Below, one piece after another: positions 10,501-18,134 of a stretch of 62,787 bases of DNA; positions within the stretch are counted from its first letter, which is position 1, and each line of letters opens with the position of its first letter. Made by a program: the position numbers and the translations under genes. Source of the DNA: Clostridiales bacterium (GTDB lineage: Bacteria > Bacillota > Clostridia > Oscillospirales > CAG-382); assembly GCA_016286245.1 (NCBI GenBank), contig JAEESG010000003.1, positions 1 through 62,787 on the forward strand, given 5' to 3'. Below the pieces are notes generated by a model that worked only from the letters and a program-made list of their open reading frames with translations, did no database searches and was not told the origin of the DNA.

Positions 10501-11080
10501 ATTTGAGATCGTCATAATCCCAAACTTCGATTTTCTGAATTTCATGAGACGTGCGGAAGCCGTCGAAGAAGTTGAGGAACGGAACGCTTCCCTTTATCGT
10601 AGCAAGGTGTGCTACCGCGCCGAGGTCCATAACTTCCTGCGGATTCGATTCCGCAAGCATTGCATAACCGGTCTGACGGCATGCGTACACGTCGGAATGG
10701 TCTCCGAAAATGTTGAGTGCGTGGGACGCAACGCAGCGCGCCGAAACGTGTATAACGTTGGGAAGAAGTTCTCCCGCTATCTTATACATGTTAGGTATCA
10801 TAAGAAGAAGTCCCTGCGACGCCGTATACGTCGTCGTAAGCGCGCCTGCCGACAGCGAACCGTGTACGGTTCCCGCAGCGCCCGCTTCGGACTGCATTTC
10901 CATTACCTTTACTTTCTCACCGAAAATGTTCTTCAAGCCCGTTGCGGACCATGAGTCCGTAAGTTCGGCCATTACGCTTGAAGGCGTTATCGGATAAATT
11001 GCCGCGACTTCCGTAAAAGCGTACGAGACGTGCGCTGCCGCGGTATTTCCGTCCATAGATACTTTGTTTCTCTGGGACAT
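7526..11080 (-). CDS. nifJ: pyruvate:ferredoxin (flavodoxin) oxidoreductase
   Basis: YPITPS, MQSEAGAAG, two CxxCxxCxxxCP ferredoxin motifs, GGDGWAYDIG TPP motif; 1184 aa. Confidence 0.97.
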   Translation of the reverse strand: MSQRNKVSMDGNTAAAHVSYAFTEVAAIYPITPSSVMAELTDSWSATGLKNIFGEKVKVMEMQSEAGAAGTVHGSLSAGALTTTYTASQGLLLMIPNMYKIAGELLPNVIHVSARCVASHALNIFGDHSDVYACRQTGYAMLAESNPQEVMDLGAVAHLATIKGSVPFLNFFDGFRTSHEIQKIEVWDYDDLKSMIDEDAVAKFRARALNPANPKLKGSAENGDIFFQHREACNKYYEALPAIVEEYMDKVNAKIGTDYKLFNYYGAPDADRVIVAMGSVCDVAEEVIDYLMSKGEKVGLIKVRLYRPFVPEKLVAVLPKTVKKIAVLDRTKEPGSLGEPLYLDVVTALNVMGVKDVDIVGGRYGLGSKDTTPASMFAVFENLSADKPKNGFTIGINDDVTHHSLEEKPAPDTVPAGTISCKFWGLGGDGTVGANKNSIKIIGDHTDKFIQAYFQYDSKKTGGVTISHLRFGDKPIKSSYYITKADFVACHNPSYILKDYKIVNDVKPGGKFLLNCQWTPEELEKHLPARVKKYIAENNIEFYTVNAIDKAREIGMGKRTNTILQSAFFALANIMPIAEAVEYMKYMAKKSYLKKGEAVVEMNYKAIDAGVEALVKIEVPSSWANLEVKEEKKEITGTRPELVKFVKDIVLPVAAMQGDSLPVSTFEDMADGSFPQGAAAYEKRGVAVDVPEWNAENCIQCNQCAYVCPHATIRPFAMSEEEAAKAPAATKFAAKMIGKGCENYKFTMAISPLDCMGCGVCVGVCPTKPEKRALKMVPQESQSEQQAVFDYAVANVTKKETPFAPNSVKGSQFNQPLLEFSGSCAGCAETSYARLVTQLFGERMYISNATGCSSIWGGSAPSTPYTVNRESGKGPAWANSLFEDNAEHGLGIYLGQKTIREKLINYVKELGEKVEDAEKKAVIDEYLSTVDDGSKNGEATDKLVAMLEKCGCEDGKKILAEKEYLSKKSVWIFGGDGWAYDIGFGGLDHVIASGEDVNIMVFDTEVYSNTGGQASKASNIGQVAQFAAAGKAIGKKNLAEIAMSYGYVYVAQVAMGADMNQTIKALCEAEAYHGPSIVIGYAPCEMHGVKGGMTNCQSEMKRAVEAGYWQTFRYNPALKAEGKNPLTIDSKEPTADYIEFITSETRYSRLAQQFPERAQVLFAKADAAAKAKYERLVKLSNLYN

Positions 11081-11259
11081 TTTTATTTCCTCCTGTTTAT
11101 TGAATATAATTAATATTTAAAAACTAAATCATTGTATATTTTATCACTTTTTTTCGCGCTTGTAAATAAGTTTTTCAATAAAATTTCTGTTATTTCTTTA
11201 ACGTTCTTGAAATTTCTTGTAAATACTTGTTATTTTTTTGGTTTTTTGCATTTTTTTAC

Positions 11260-11293
11260 AAAAAAATTGCGTCCGCCTTTTCAGGCGGACGCA
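11260..11293 (-). terminator. intrinsic terminator of the secreted-protein cluster
   Basis: TGCGTCCGCCT/AGGCGGACGCA stem with a minus-strand U tract. Confidence 0.8.
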
Positions 11294-11307
11294 TTATTAA
11301 ATGAGAA

Positions 11308-12621
11308 TCAGTCAAATTTGAAGAGTTCTCCGAGGTCAACGTATGCTTCGGATTCTTCTGAAGGAACGAGCGCTATAATGCTGTCGATATAATCTTTATA
11401 TGCATTATAAGTCGTTGCGTCGGTGTTCTTTATTGCGCGTGCAACTTCAAATACCTGTCTTGTCGTCGTTTCGCCGTAAATAATCTTGTCGTTTTCGAGA
11501 ATGTAGTACGGACGAACCGTCATATTTGCGGTTACGGCTTCTTTCGTAAGCGGAATGCCTACTGCCACAAGCGTTACAACTATTCTTTCGCCGTCGAGGC
11601 TGTAGAATATATCCGTTCCGCTTGCCTGGTTATATGCAACGCCGCTCTTTGCCTTGCCCTGAGCAACGAGGTCCATTGTGAGCTCGTGATCTGCAGGCAT
11701 GCCGACTGTAAGTAAGAATCCGTATTCTTTTACGAGGGGCTTGAGCGCCGCCGCGAAGGTCGACTTGAATCTGAGACCGGTTGCTTTGGCGTCGTCTCTG
11801 AGCGAGGATTCGTCGGTTCCGAGAGTACCGTCTCTGTAGTCTTCGCATTCGCTTATGGTTCCAGCCTGAACGAGGTATACCTTCTGCGAGGTGTATCCCT
11901 TGTTTACAACAACGTATCCGTTTTCGGAAGGAATATCAAAATCTCCCGCTGCGGCTGCCGTTGCAACCGTACCGTCCTGAAGGTAAACTCTGTCGCCTGC
12001 TTCAACCGGAACGGAAAGGTCAACTATAATCATCGGAATAACGTTATTGTTAACCGTAAGGGTATTCGTTTCGGTGGGATGATTGAAGGTTTCTTCGTGC
12101 GTTACTAAATCCGCGTACTTAACGTAGTCAACTACAAAGTCTCCCGCCTTAAGATCGGTAATGCCTTTTCCGTCAGCGAACTTGAAGGACATTTCCATCA
12201 TCATAAGGCCTTCTCCAACGTCGTGTCCGCCGGGAAGTCCCTGCTCAACAACGAGCGTTGCGGTGCTTTCGTTAACCGTCCACTGCGGGTTCTGCGGCTG
12301 AACAGCCGTTACGGTTTCGTCGTCGTCCGGGTTATAGTAATTCGTAACCTGTACGGGAGCCTTCGACGTGGTGCTCGTTGCAATATTCGTGAGCGCGCCC
12401 GTCGATTTATTCGCGGGTTTGATAATATCATAATTAAAGGTCAGGTCAGCCTTGAACGCGGTATATTTACCGCCTTCGTTTACGGCTGTCGCAACTATCT
12501 TGTAAAGTCCGTCGTCGTTAACTTTAACGATGTCAAAGTTAATCGTTGCCGTGGCAAACGCGCTTATTGCCAGAGCGCACGCAATGGCAAGCGCCGCGAT
12601 TGCAAATTTGAAGTTTTTCAT
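11308..12621 (-). CDS. secreted protein with cohesin-like N-terminal domain and uncharacterised C-terminal domain
   Basis: Signal peptide (ISAFA); beta-rich N domain with cohesin-like TAFKADLTFNYDIIKP and MEMSFKF; C domain with GLRF..EYG..GIP..VRPY..YG. Confidence 0.5.
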   Translation of the reverse strand: MKNFKFAIAALAIACALAISAFATATINFDIVKVNDDGLYKIVATAVNEGGKYTAFKADLTFNYDIIKPANKSTGALTNIATSTTSKAPVQVTNYYNPDDDETVTAVQPQNPQWTVNESTATLVVEQGLPGGHDVGEGLMMMEMSFKFADGKGITDLKAGDFVVDYVKYADLVTHEETFNHPTETNTLTVNNNVIPMIIVDLSVPVEAGDRVYLQDGTVATAAAAGDFDIPSENGYVVVNKGYTSQKVYLVQAGTISECEDYRDGTLGTDESSLRDDAKATGLRFKSTFAAALKPLVKEYGFLLTVGMPADHELTMDLVAQGKAKSGVAYNQASGTDIFYSLDGERIVVTLVAVGIPLTKEAVTANMTVRPYYILENDKIIYGETTTRQVFEVARAIKNTDATTYNAYKDYIDSIIALVPSEESEAYVDLGELFKFD

Positions 12622-12640
12622 GATTTTTTCCTCCGATTTA

Positions 12641-14224
12641 TTATTCCGTTACGCTTGCCGCGTTATAGTTCATAAGGAGCGTCGAGAAGTCGTCGAAGTT
12701 TACGACTCCGTCGCCGTTTATATCATAATCTGCGGAAGTTGTGCCGTATACCATGAGCATGCCCGAGAAGTCGTCGAAATTAACAACTCCGTCGCCGCCA
12801 AAATCGCCGCCCTTGATGGTTGCGTTCTTTACAACGTCGGCGTCAACCGTAAATCCGGTCTTGGTATAGGAAGTATGAGCCTTCTTGGTTACCGTGAACG
12901 TATATACGTCTTCGGGAACGGAGATTTCATAACTGCCTGCCGCCGTGCTTACTTCGAAGCTCTTTGACGAATCCGTTTCGCTTACGAGTTTAACCTTTGC
13001 GGGAAGCGCAGAATCGGAGGTAATATTACCGCTTACAACGAAATTCGTTCCGGAAGCGTTATTGTTAACGTATCCGAGAAGAACCGCCTTCTGCAGATTT
13101 CCGCCGCCTATGTAAACCGAGCCGGGACGTCCGTCTTCCTTGAGAAGCACGTCTGAGAACGTTACAACGCCCTGATCGTTCGCGGTTTTCTGGTCTATGA
13201 ACAGTACCGAGCTTTCCGTAACTACGGGAGCCGCGTCGGGAGCTGCTATACCGTCGAGAATAACGAGTGCGTAATAGCTTCCGGGAAGTCCCGTATATTC
13301 TATTTCAAAAGTATTGTTCGAGGATGCAACGTAGTTTGTAAGGTCGCCTGCGGGAGGTTCCGTTCCGCCTCCGCCGCTTCCGGTCGCATAAAAGCTCTTG
13401 CCGTAAAGCGTTGCGGCGCTGACAACGTCGTTTGCGTCGTAAACGTCCGTTCCGTCCGTCCACTGTGTTGCGCTTGAAAGCGGATACAGCGAGAATACCG
13501 TCGGGAAGGTATACGTTTCGTCGGCGCACGTAATCATGTTGCCGTCCGTTGCGGTTTCCGCGGATTTAAGAATAAATCCGTTGCTCGGGTATACCCAGAT
13601 TTCGATATCGTCTATAAGTTCCTGCGTATAACTTGCATCCGCATCATTCCAATGGAAGAAATTCCAGTTTGCGGAAGCGACTGCCGTACGCGAATAATCT
13701 CTCCAGGTGTCTCTGTTTGCGTTTGCACCGCTGGTTGCGCTGCCGGAAAGAGGAGCGTCCGCCTGATATGCATAAGTACCGTCGCCGTTATAATACGTAC
13801 GCGTTCCACCGCCGTTTGTTTCGCTTCTTACCATAACTTTGAGTTTTATGGTCTGCTTACCGTCCGGCCATGCGGGCAGTTCGGAGCTTACGTTTTTCAC
13901 AACGGCAAGCGGGCTTGAAAAGCCGTTTATCTGAGACTGAACGCCTGTCAGTTTTGAAACGTCAATACACATTGAAGGGAATCTCGCGTCATCGGAAGGA
14001 CCTACGAGAGCTTCATTGTTGACTTCATCTGCGATCTTAACAGCGTATGCTGCATAAGTCGGGGTCTTAAACGCTGCGTTGTCAAAATTGAAGAACGCTG
14101 CGAGTACGCCGAGATCGTCGTCAACCTTAACCTCCGGCGTGGGCGTTCCCGCCGCCGATACCGCAAAGATGAGCGACATGCTTACGAGCAGTGCTGCAAG
14201 TACGATAAATACTACTCTTTTCAT
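12641..14224 (-). CDS. secreted modular protein with C-terminal X-module and dockerin
   Basis: Signal peptide; unknown N domain; GSGGGG linker; Ig-like module (GSYEISVP..YTFTVTK); duplicated Ca-binding loops GDFGGDGVVNFDDF and YDINGDGVVNFDDF. Confidence 0.75.
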   Translation of the reverse strand: MKRVVFIVLAALLVSMSLIFAVSAAGTPTPEVKVDDDLGVLAAFFNFDNAAFKTPTYAAYAVKIADEVNNEALVGPSDDARFPSMCIDVSKLTGVQSQINGFSSPLAVVKNVSSELPAWPDGKQTIKLKVMVRSETNGGGTRTYYNGDGTYAYQADAPLSGSATSGANANRDTWRDYSRTAVASANWNFFHWNDADASYTQELIDDIEIWVYPSNGFILKSAETATDGNMITCADETYTFPTVFSLYPLSSATQWTDGTDVYDANDVVSAATLYGKSFYATGSGGGGTEPPAGDLTNYVASSNNTFEIEYTGLPGSYYALVILDGIAAPDAAPVVTESSVLFIDQKTANDQGVVTFSDVLLKEDGRPGSVYIGGGNLQKAVLLGYVNNNASGTNFVVSGNITSDSALPAKVKLVSETDSSKSFEVSTAAGSYEISVPEDVYTFTVTKKAHTSYTKTGFTVDADVVKNATIKGGDFGGDGVVNFDDFSGMLMVYGTTSADYDINGDGVVNFDDFSTLLMNYNAASVTE

Positions 14225-14277
14225 TGGTGATTCTCCTTAAAATTTATTATAACAAAACTTCTGAAAAGCCGTTTTAA

Positions 14278-15381
14278 TTATTTCTTTTTCTTTGAAACAG
14301 CGATTATTATTGCAACAACCGCAACCACAACTGCCGCAAGTATAACCCAAAGCCAGGGCGAAATGCCGGAAGCCGCCGGAGCTGCTGTATCTGCCGCTTT
14401 ATCTTCTGCTTTATCTTCTGCTTTATCTTCTGCCGCGGTGTCTGTAACTTCAGGTTCGCCGTCTGCTTCAGCGCCGTCTTCTTCAACCTCTTCGGGAGCC
14501 GCAGCCTCTTCGGCGCTCTGTTCCGTTGCGTAGAAGCTCTTGCCGTAAATATCGGCGGTGTTTACGCTTTCGCCTTCAGCGTAAATATCCGTTCCGTCCG
14601 TCCAGTTAACGAACGTGGAGGAAGGATCAACAGATGCAACAGCCGGGAAAGTATACGTTTCGTCAGCGCATACTATCATGGTTCTGTCGTCGGAATCTTC
14701 AGCCGGTTTGAGAATGAAGCCCTGATCCGGATATACCCAGATTTCGATATCGTCGATCAATTCGTGAACGTAGCTGTCCGTAACGCCTGTATTATCGTTC
14801 CAGTGGTAGAACTGCCATGCTGCGGAAACGCCTGCTGCCGTCGTGCGGGAATATTCTCTCCATTCGTCTCTGTTTGCGTTTGCGCCGCTGTTTGCCTGAG
14901 CGGGAATAGGACCTGCGGGCGAATATGCAAGAGATTCATCACCGTCATAGTATGTACGCGACGAGGAAGCGTTTCTGTCGGATCTTGACAAAACCTTGAG
15001 TTTGATGGTCTGCTTACCTTTCGGCCACTCGGGAAGGTCGGAGTCGGGATCTTTTACTATTGCGAAAGGACTGTTAAAGCCTTCAACCTGGTCATGTACG
15101 CCCGGCAGTTTTTCAAAGTCGAGGCAGTTTGAAGGATATCTTTCGTCTTCCGAAGCGTCTGCTATAATCTCATCGGTAAGACCGTCGGCTATTTTTATAC
15201 CGTATGCCGCATACGTCGGTGTAAGGGGGTCTTCGTTATCAAAGTTGAAGAACGCCACGAGTACACCAAGCTTATCTTTCACCTTTACTTCCGGTACGGG
15301 AGTTACGTCTGCCGAAACCGCAAAGATGAGCGACATACTTACGAGCATTGCTGCAAGTAAAATAAATACGACTTTTTTCAT
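14278..15381 (-). CDS. membrane-anchored surface protein, paralog of the N domain of 12641-14224
   Basis: Signal peptide; about 285-aa domain collinear with the neighbour; acidic stalk with AEDK x3; C-terminal TM helix plus KKKK. Confidence 0.75.
   Translation of the reverse strand: MKKVVFILLAAMLVSMSLIFAVSADVTPVPEVKVKDKLGVLVAFFNFDNEDPLTPTYAAYGIKIADGLTDEIIADASEDERYPSNCLDFEKLPGVHDQVEGFNSPFAIVKDPDSDLPEWPKGKQTIKLKVLSRSDRNASSSRTYYDGDESLAYSPAGPIPAQANSGANANRDEWREYSRTTAAGVSAAWQFYHWNDNTGVTDSYVHELIDDIEIWVYPDQGFILKPAEDSDDRTMIVCADETYTFPAVASVDPSSTFVNWTDGTDIYAEGESVNTADIYGKSFYATEQSAEEAAAPEEVEEDGAEADGEPEVTDTAAEDKAEDKAEDKAADTAAPAASGISPWLWVILAAVVVAVVAIIIAVSKKKK
14398..14433. repeat. 12-bp coding tandem repeat x3 (AEDK)
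   Basis: TTTATCTTCTGC repeated three times. Confidence 0.9.
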
Positions 15382-15435
15382 GATGATTCTCCTTTAAAAA
15401 TTATTAATTTATTTTCCCCTTTTTAATTTTCCTTG

Positions 15436-16569
15436 TTAAATAAAGCTTCGGAACAGCGGCATCATAACGTATCTCATGGCGTCGAGCGCATCTTTTTCCG
15501 CCTGTCTGTCCTCTTTCCACGGCACTATTCCGCCGTAAAGCACGCATTCCTTCGTATTATTTGCGTTTTTATAGATATTCGCGTCGAGAATTTCCGCAAT
15601 CAGTTCCTCGGGAAGCATCGTTCTTGAAAATTCGAGTCTTACGTCGGCGCTTACCGTCTTTTCTCCGATTTCGACAAGGCCTTCGTCAATTCTTATTTTC
15701 GCCGTCTTTCCGGACGCCGTTTTAACTTTCGCCGTTCTCGTTCCGTCGTCCCAGCCCACGTTTGCGCCAAAGCGCTCGCACGCAAATCTCAGAGGCAGAA
15801 ATCTTGTTCCCGATTCATCGGTGTACGGCTTTACGTTTTTGTCGGAGTCTATCGCCGTAAGTTCTCCCTCAAACGCGCAAGCGTAATCGCCGTCAACGAA
15901 GTACAGCGTGTTTTTGAGTCTGTCTTCTTTTGAAAAATCCGGGGGATTTATCTGCGAATAAAGGTATTTTACGCTCTGCGTTTCTTTAATTTTATCGGGA
16001 CCTTCGATTATGATTATCTTTACGGGCAGGTTTCCGTTTTTATCCGTAAACGCCGCTCCGTCGACGAACGTTTCGTCGTAAACGTCTCCGTTATATATGC
16101 TTGCTATCTCAAAGTTCGCTTCTTTATCGGAGATTTTCTTGAATCTGAACGTCGCAGCGTGCGTTTTTCCGGTTATCTGCGCTTCTCCGCTCTTTATGTT
16201 TTCGTTTTCCGCGTTAGGCGTGATAAACGAGGTATACGAGAAATATCCCTTCTGCGCGTCGAGCTTTTCACCGATGAAATTGAAATCCTCGTACCTGTCG
16301 AACTTTGAAAACGCGCCGAAGCTTTCCGTTTCGCTTCCGTCGCTCGATACGGGCGCGACAGCCTCTTTGTCATACTTGAAAGCAAGTCCGTAAGCGATAA
16401 AGTTTACGTTTTCAAGGCTTATATTCAGTTCGATTACGCCGTTTTCCGACGGAGAAGACACCTCCGCATAAAGCGTCGGAGTGCCGTCCGCAAAGGCGCA
16501 AAGCGTCAGAACGCATGAAATAGCGAAAATCAATATGGTAATCAACGCTGTTTTACGGTTCCTTTTCAT
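15436..16569 (-). CDS. secreted cohesin-like plus copper-amine-oxidase-N-terminal (stalk) domain protein
   Basis: Signal peptide; IELNISLENVNFIAYGLAFKYDKEAV and ATFRFKK (cohesin-like); FLPLRFACERFGANVGWDDGTRTA (Cu_amine_oxidN1-like). Confidence 0.65.
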   Translation of the reverse strand: MKRNRKTALITILIFAISCVLTLCAFADGTPTLYAEVSSPSENGVIELNISLENVNFIAYGLAFKYDKEAVAPVSSDGSETESFGAFSKFDRYEDFNFIGEKLDAQKGYFSYTSFITPNAENENIKSGEAQITGKTHAATFRFKKISDKEANFEIASIYNGDVYDETFVDGAAFTDKNGNLPVKIIIIEGPDKIKETQSVKYLYSQINPPDFSKEDRLKNTLYFVDGDYACAFEGELTAIDSDKNVKPYTDESGTRFLPLRFACERFGANVGWDDGTRTAKVKTASGKTAKIRIDEGLVEIGEKTVSADVRLEFSRTMLPEELIAEILDANIYKNANNTKECVLYGGIVPWKEDRQAEKDALDAMRYVMMPLFRSFI

Positions 16570-16842
16570 ATGACACCCCTGCTTGTAAAGATACTCCTAT
16601 ACACTATGAATAATACCATACAAAAGGCAAAAAGTCAATAGTTTTTTACGTCAAAATGCGCTCCCTGAAAAAGTATTTTGTAAACTTTTTTCGCATATTT
16701 ATCAAAAAAAACATCCAAAAAAGTATTTTTACGGTACAGGCGGTATTTCGGATTTTTTGAAAAAAGGATATTTACGGTTGATTTTGAAAAAATATTATTG
16801 TATAATTAATTAAAGAAAATTACAGCAAAGAGGTGTAAAAAC

Positions 16843-17148
16843 ATGGAAATAAAACTGACACGCGATAATTTTGAAAAGGTTATATCCGAAAACAAAACCG
16901 TTCTTATCGATTTCTGGGCTTCATGGTGCGGGCCGTGCAAAATGATTGCTCCGCACGTTGAAAAGCTTTCCGAAGAGCTTTCCGACGTTGCCGTCTGCAA
17001 GGCAAACGTCGATGAGGAGGGCGAGCTTGCGGCGTCTTTCGGCATAAACTCCATTCCGACGCTCGTGCTCATAAAAGACGGCGAAGAGGCGGACAGAATC
17101 ATAGGCTACCGCGAATACGACGCGCTCAAAAGCTTCGTTACGGACTGA
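16843..17148 (+). CDS. trxA: thioredoxin
   Basis: DFWASWCGPCK; RBS GAGGTG; upstream TTGATT-17-TATAAT (16778-16806). Confidence 0.96.
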   Translation: MEIKLTRDNFEKVISENKTVLIDFWASWCGPCKMIAPHVEKLSEELSDVAVCKANVDEEGELAASFGINSIPTLVLIKDGEEADRIIGYREYDALKSFVTD

Positions 17149-17163
17149 AAGGCTTCAAAAATG

Positions 17164-17195
17164 AAAAAAATCACGGTTTTTACCGTGATTTTTTT
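17164..17195. terminator. bidirectional terminator trxA/rsmA
   Basis: A7-TCACGGT/ACCGTGA-T7 between convergent genes. Confidence 0.8.
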
Positions 17196-18063
17196 ATTCT
17201 TTTATAATTCTTTCGGCAAGCTTTACAAACTGCGTTTCGTCGAGTTCTTCTCCCCTGACGTTTGCGTCTTTGCCGAGCGTTTCAAAAATTATTTCCTTCA
17301 GCTCTTCCTTGTTGTAATCGCAGACCTGCGAAAGTGCGTTTATCAGCGTTTTCCGTCTTACCGAAAACGCCGCTTTGATGACTTTTTTCGCCTTTTCTAT
17401 CTGTTCGTCCGTAAATTTTGCGGGTTTATACATGGAAATTCTCACGACGGCGCTGTCAACCTTCGGTTTCGGCACAAAGCAGCCCGCCGGCACCGAAAAC
17501 AGCTTTTTTACACTTCCGTAAAGATTAAGAGATGCGGTAATGCTTCCGTAATCCGCGCTTTTCGGTGCGGCGGTAAGCCGCAGCGCAACTTCCTTCTGCA
17601 CCATTACGGTAACGTAGTCGAAACCGTGATACGTTTCGGCAAGCTTCATGAGTATCGGCGTCGTTATATAATACGGCAGGTTTGCGCAGACCGAAACGTG
17701 AAGCCTTTTTCCGTCTTTTTCCCTCTCGCTTTCGAGCAGTTCGGGAAGATTTATCTTCATAATATCCCCGAAAATCACCTTTACGTTCGGGTATTCCGCG
17801 AGCGTTTCCGCAAGCACGCCCTTTAATTTTTCGTCTATTTCGACGGCAAGTACCTTTTCAAATCTTTCGGCAAGCTCCTTTGTCAGAATTCCCGCGCCCG
17901 GCCCTATTTCGAGAACGAGCGCGGGTATTTTTCCGTCGCCGTTTCTTTCTCCGTATTCCGTGCAAGCGTCCGCTATTCTTTTCGGAACCTTCGGATCGCG
18001 CAGAAAATTCTGTCCGTATTTTTTCTGAAAGGTAAAGCCGTGTCTGTTAAGTATTTCCGACAT
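17194..18063 (-). CDS. rsmA: 16S rRNA m6,2A dimethyltransferase
   Basis: KKYGQNFL, LEIGPGAG, ANLPYYITT, MVQKEVA, PKPKVDSAV. Confidence 0.96.
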   Translation of the reverse strand: MSEILNRHGFTFQKKYGQNFLRDPKVPKRIADACTEYGERNGDGKIPALVLEIGPGAGILTKELAERFEKVLAVEIDEKLKGVLAETLAEYPNVKVIFGDIMKINLPELLESEREKDGKRLHVSVCANLPYYITTPILMKLAETYHGFDYVTVMVQKEVALRLTAAPKSADYGSITASLNLYGSVKKLFSVPAGCFVPKPKVDSAVVRISMYKPAKFTDEQIEKAKKVIKAAFSVRRKTLINALSQVCDYNKEELKEIIFETLGKDANVRGEELDETQFVKLAERIIKE

Positions 18064-18134
18064 TTTCCCGTCTTTCCCGTTATTTTTTCTTTATGCAAAA
18101 ACATACCTGCATTCGCAGGTATGTTTTTTATTTT

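Noticed and set aside
9746-10954. 402-aa plus-strand ORF
   Set aside because: Antisense shadow of codon-biased nifJ, with no recognisable motifs
11100-11260. Rex operator upstream of nifJ
   Set aside because: TTGTAAATAAGTTTTTCAA has the wrong spacing and poor symmetry, in AT-rich DNA
11308-16569. Classical cellulosome scaffoldin cluster
   Set aside because: No multi-cohesin scaffoldin, CBM3 or glycoside hydrolase domain is recognisable in these genes
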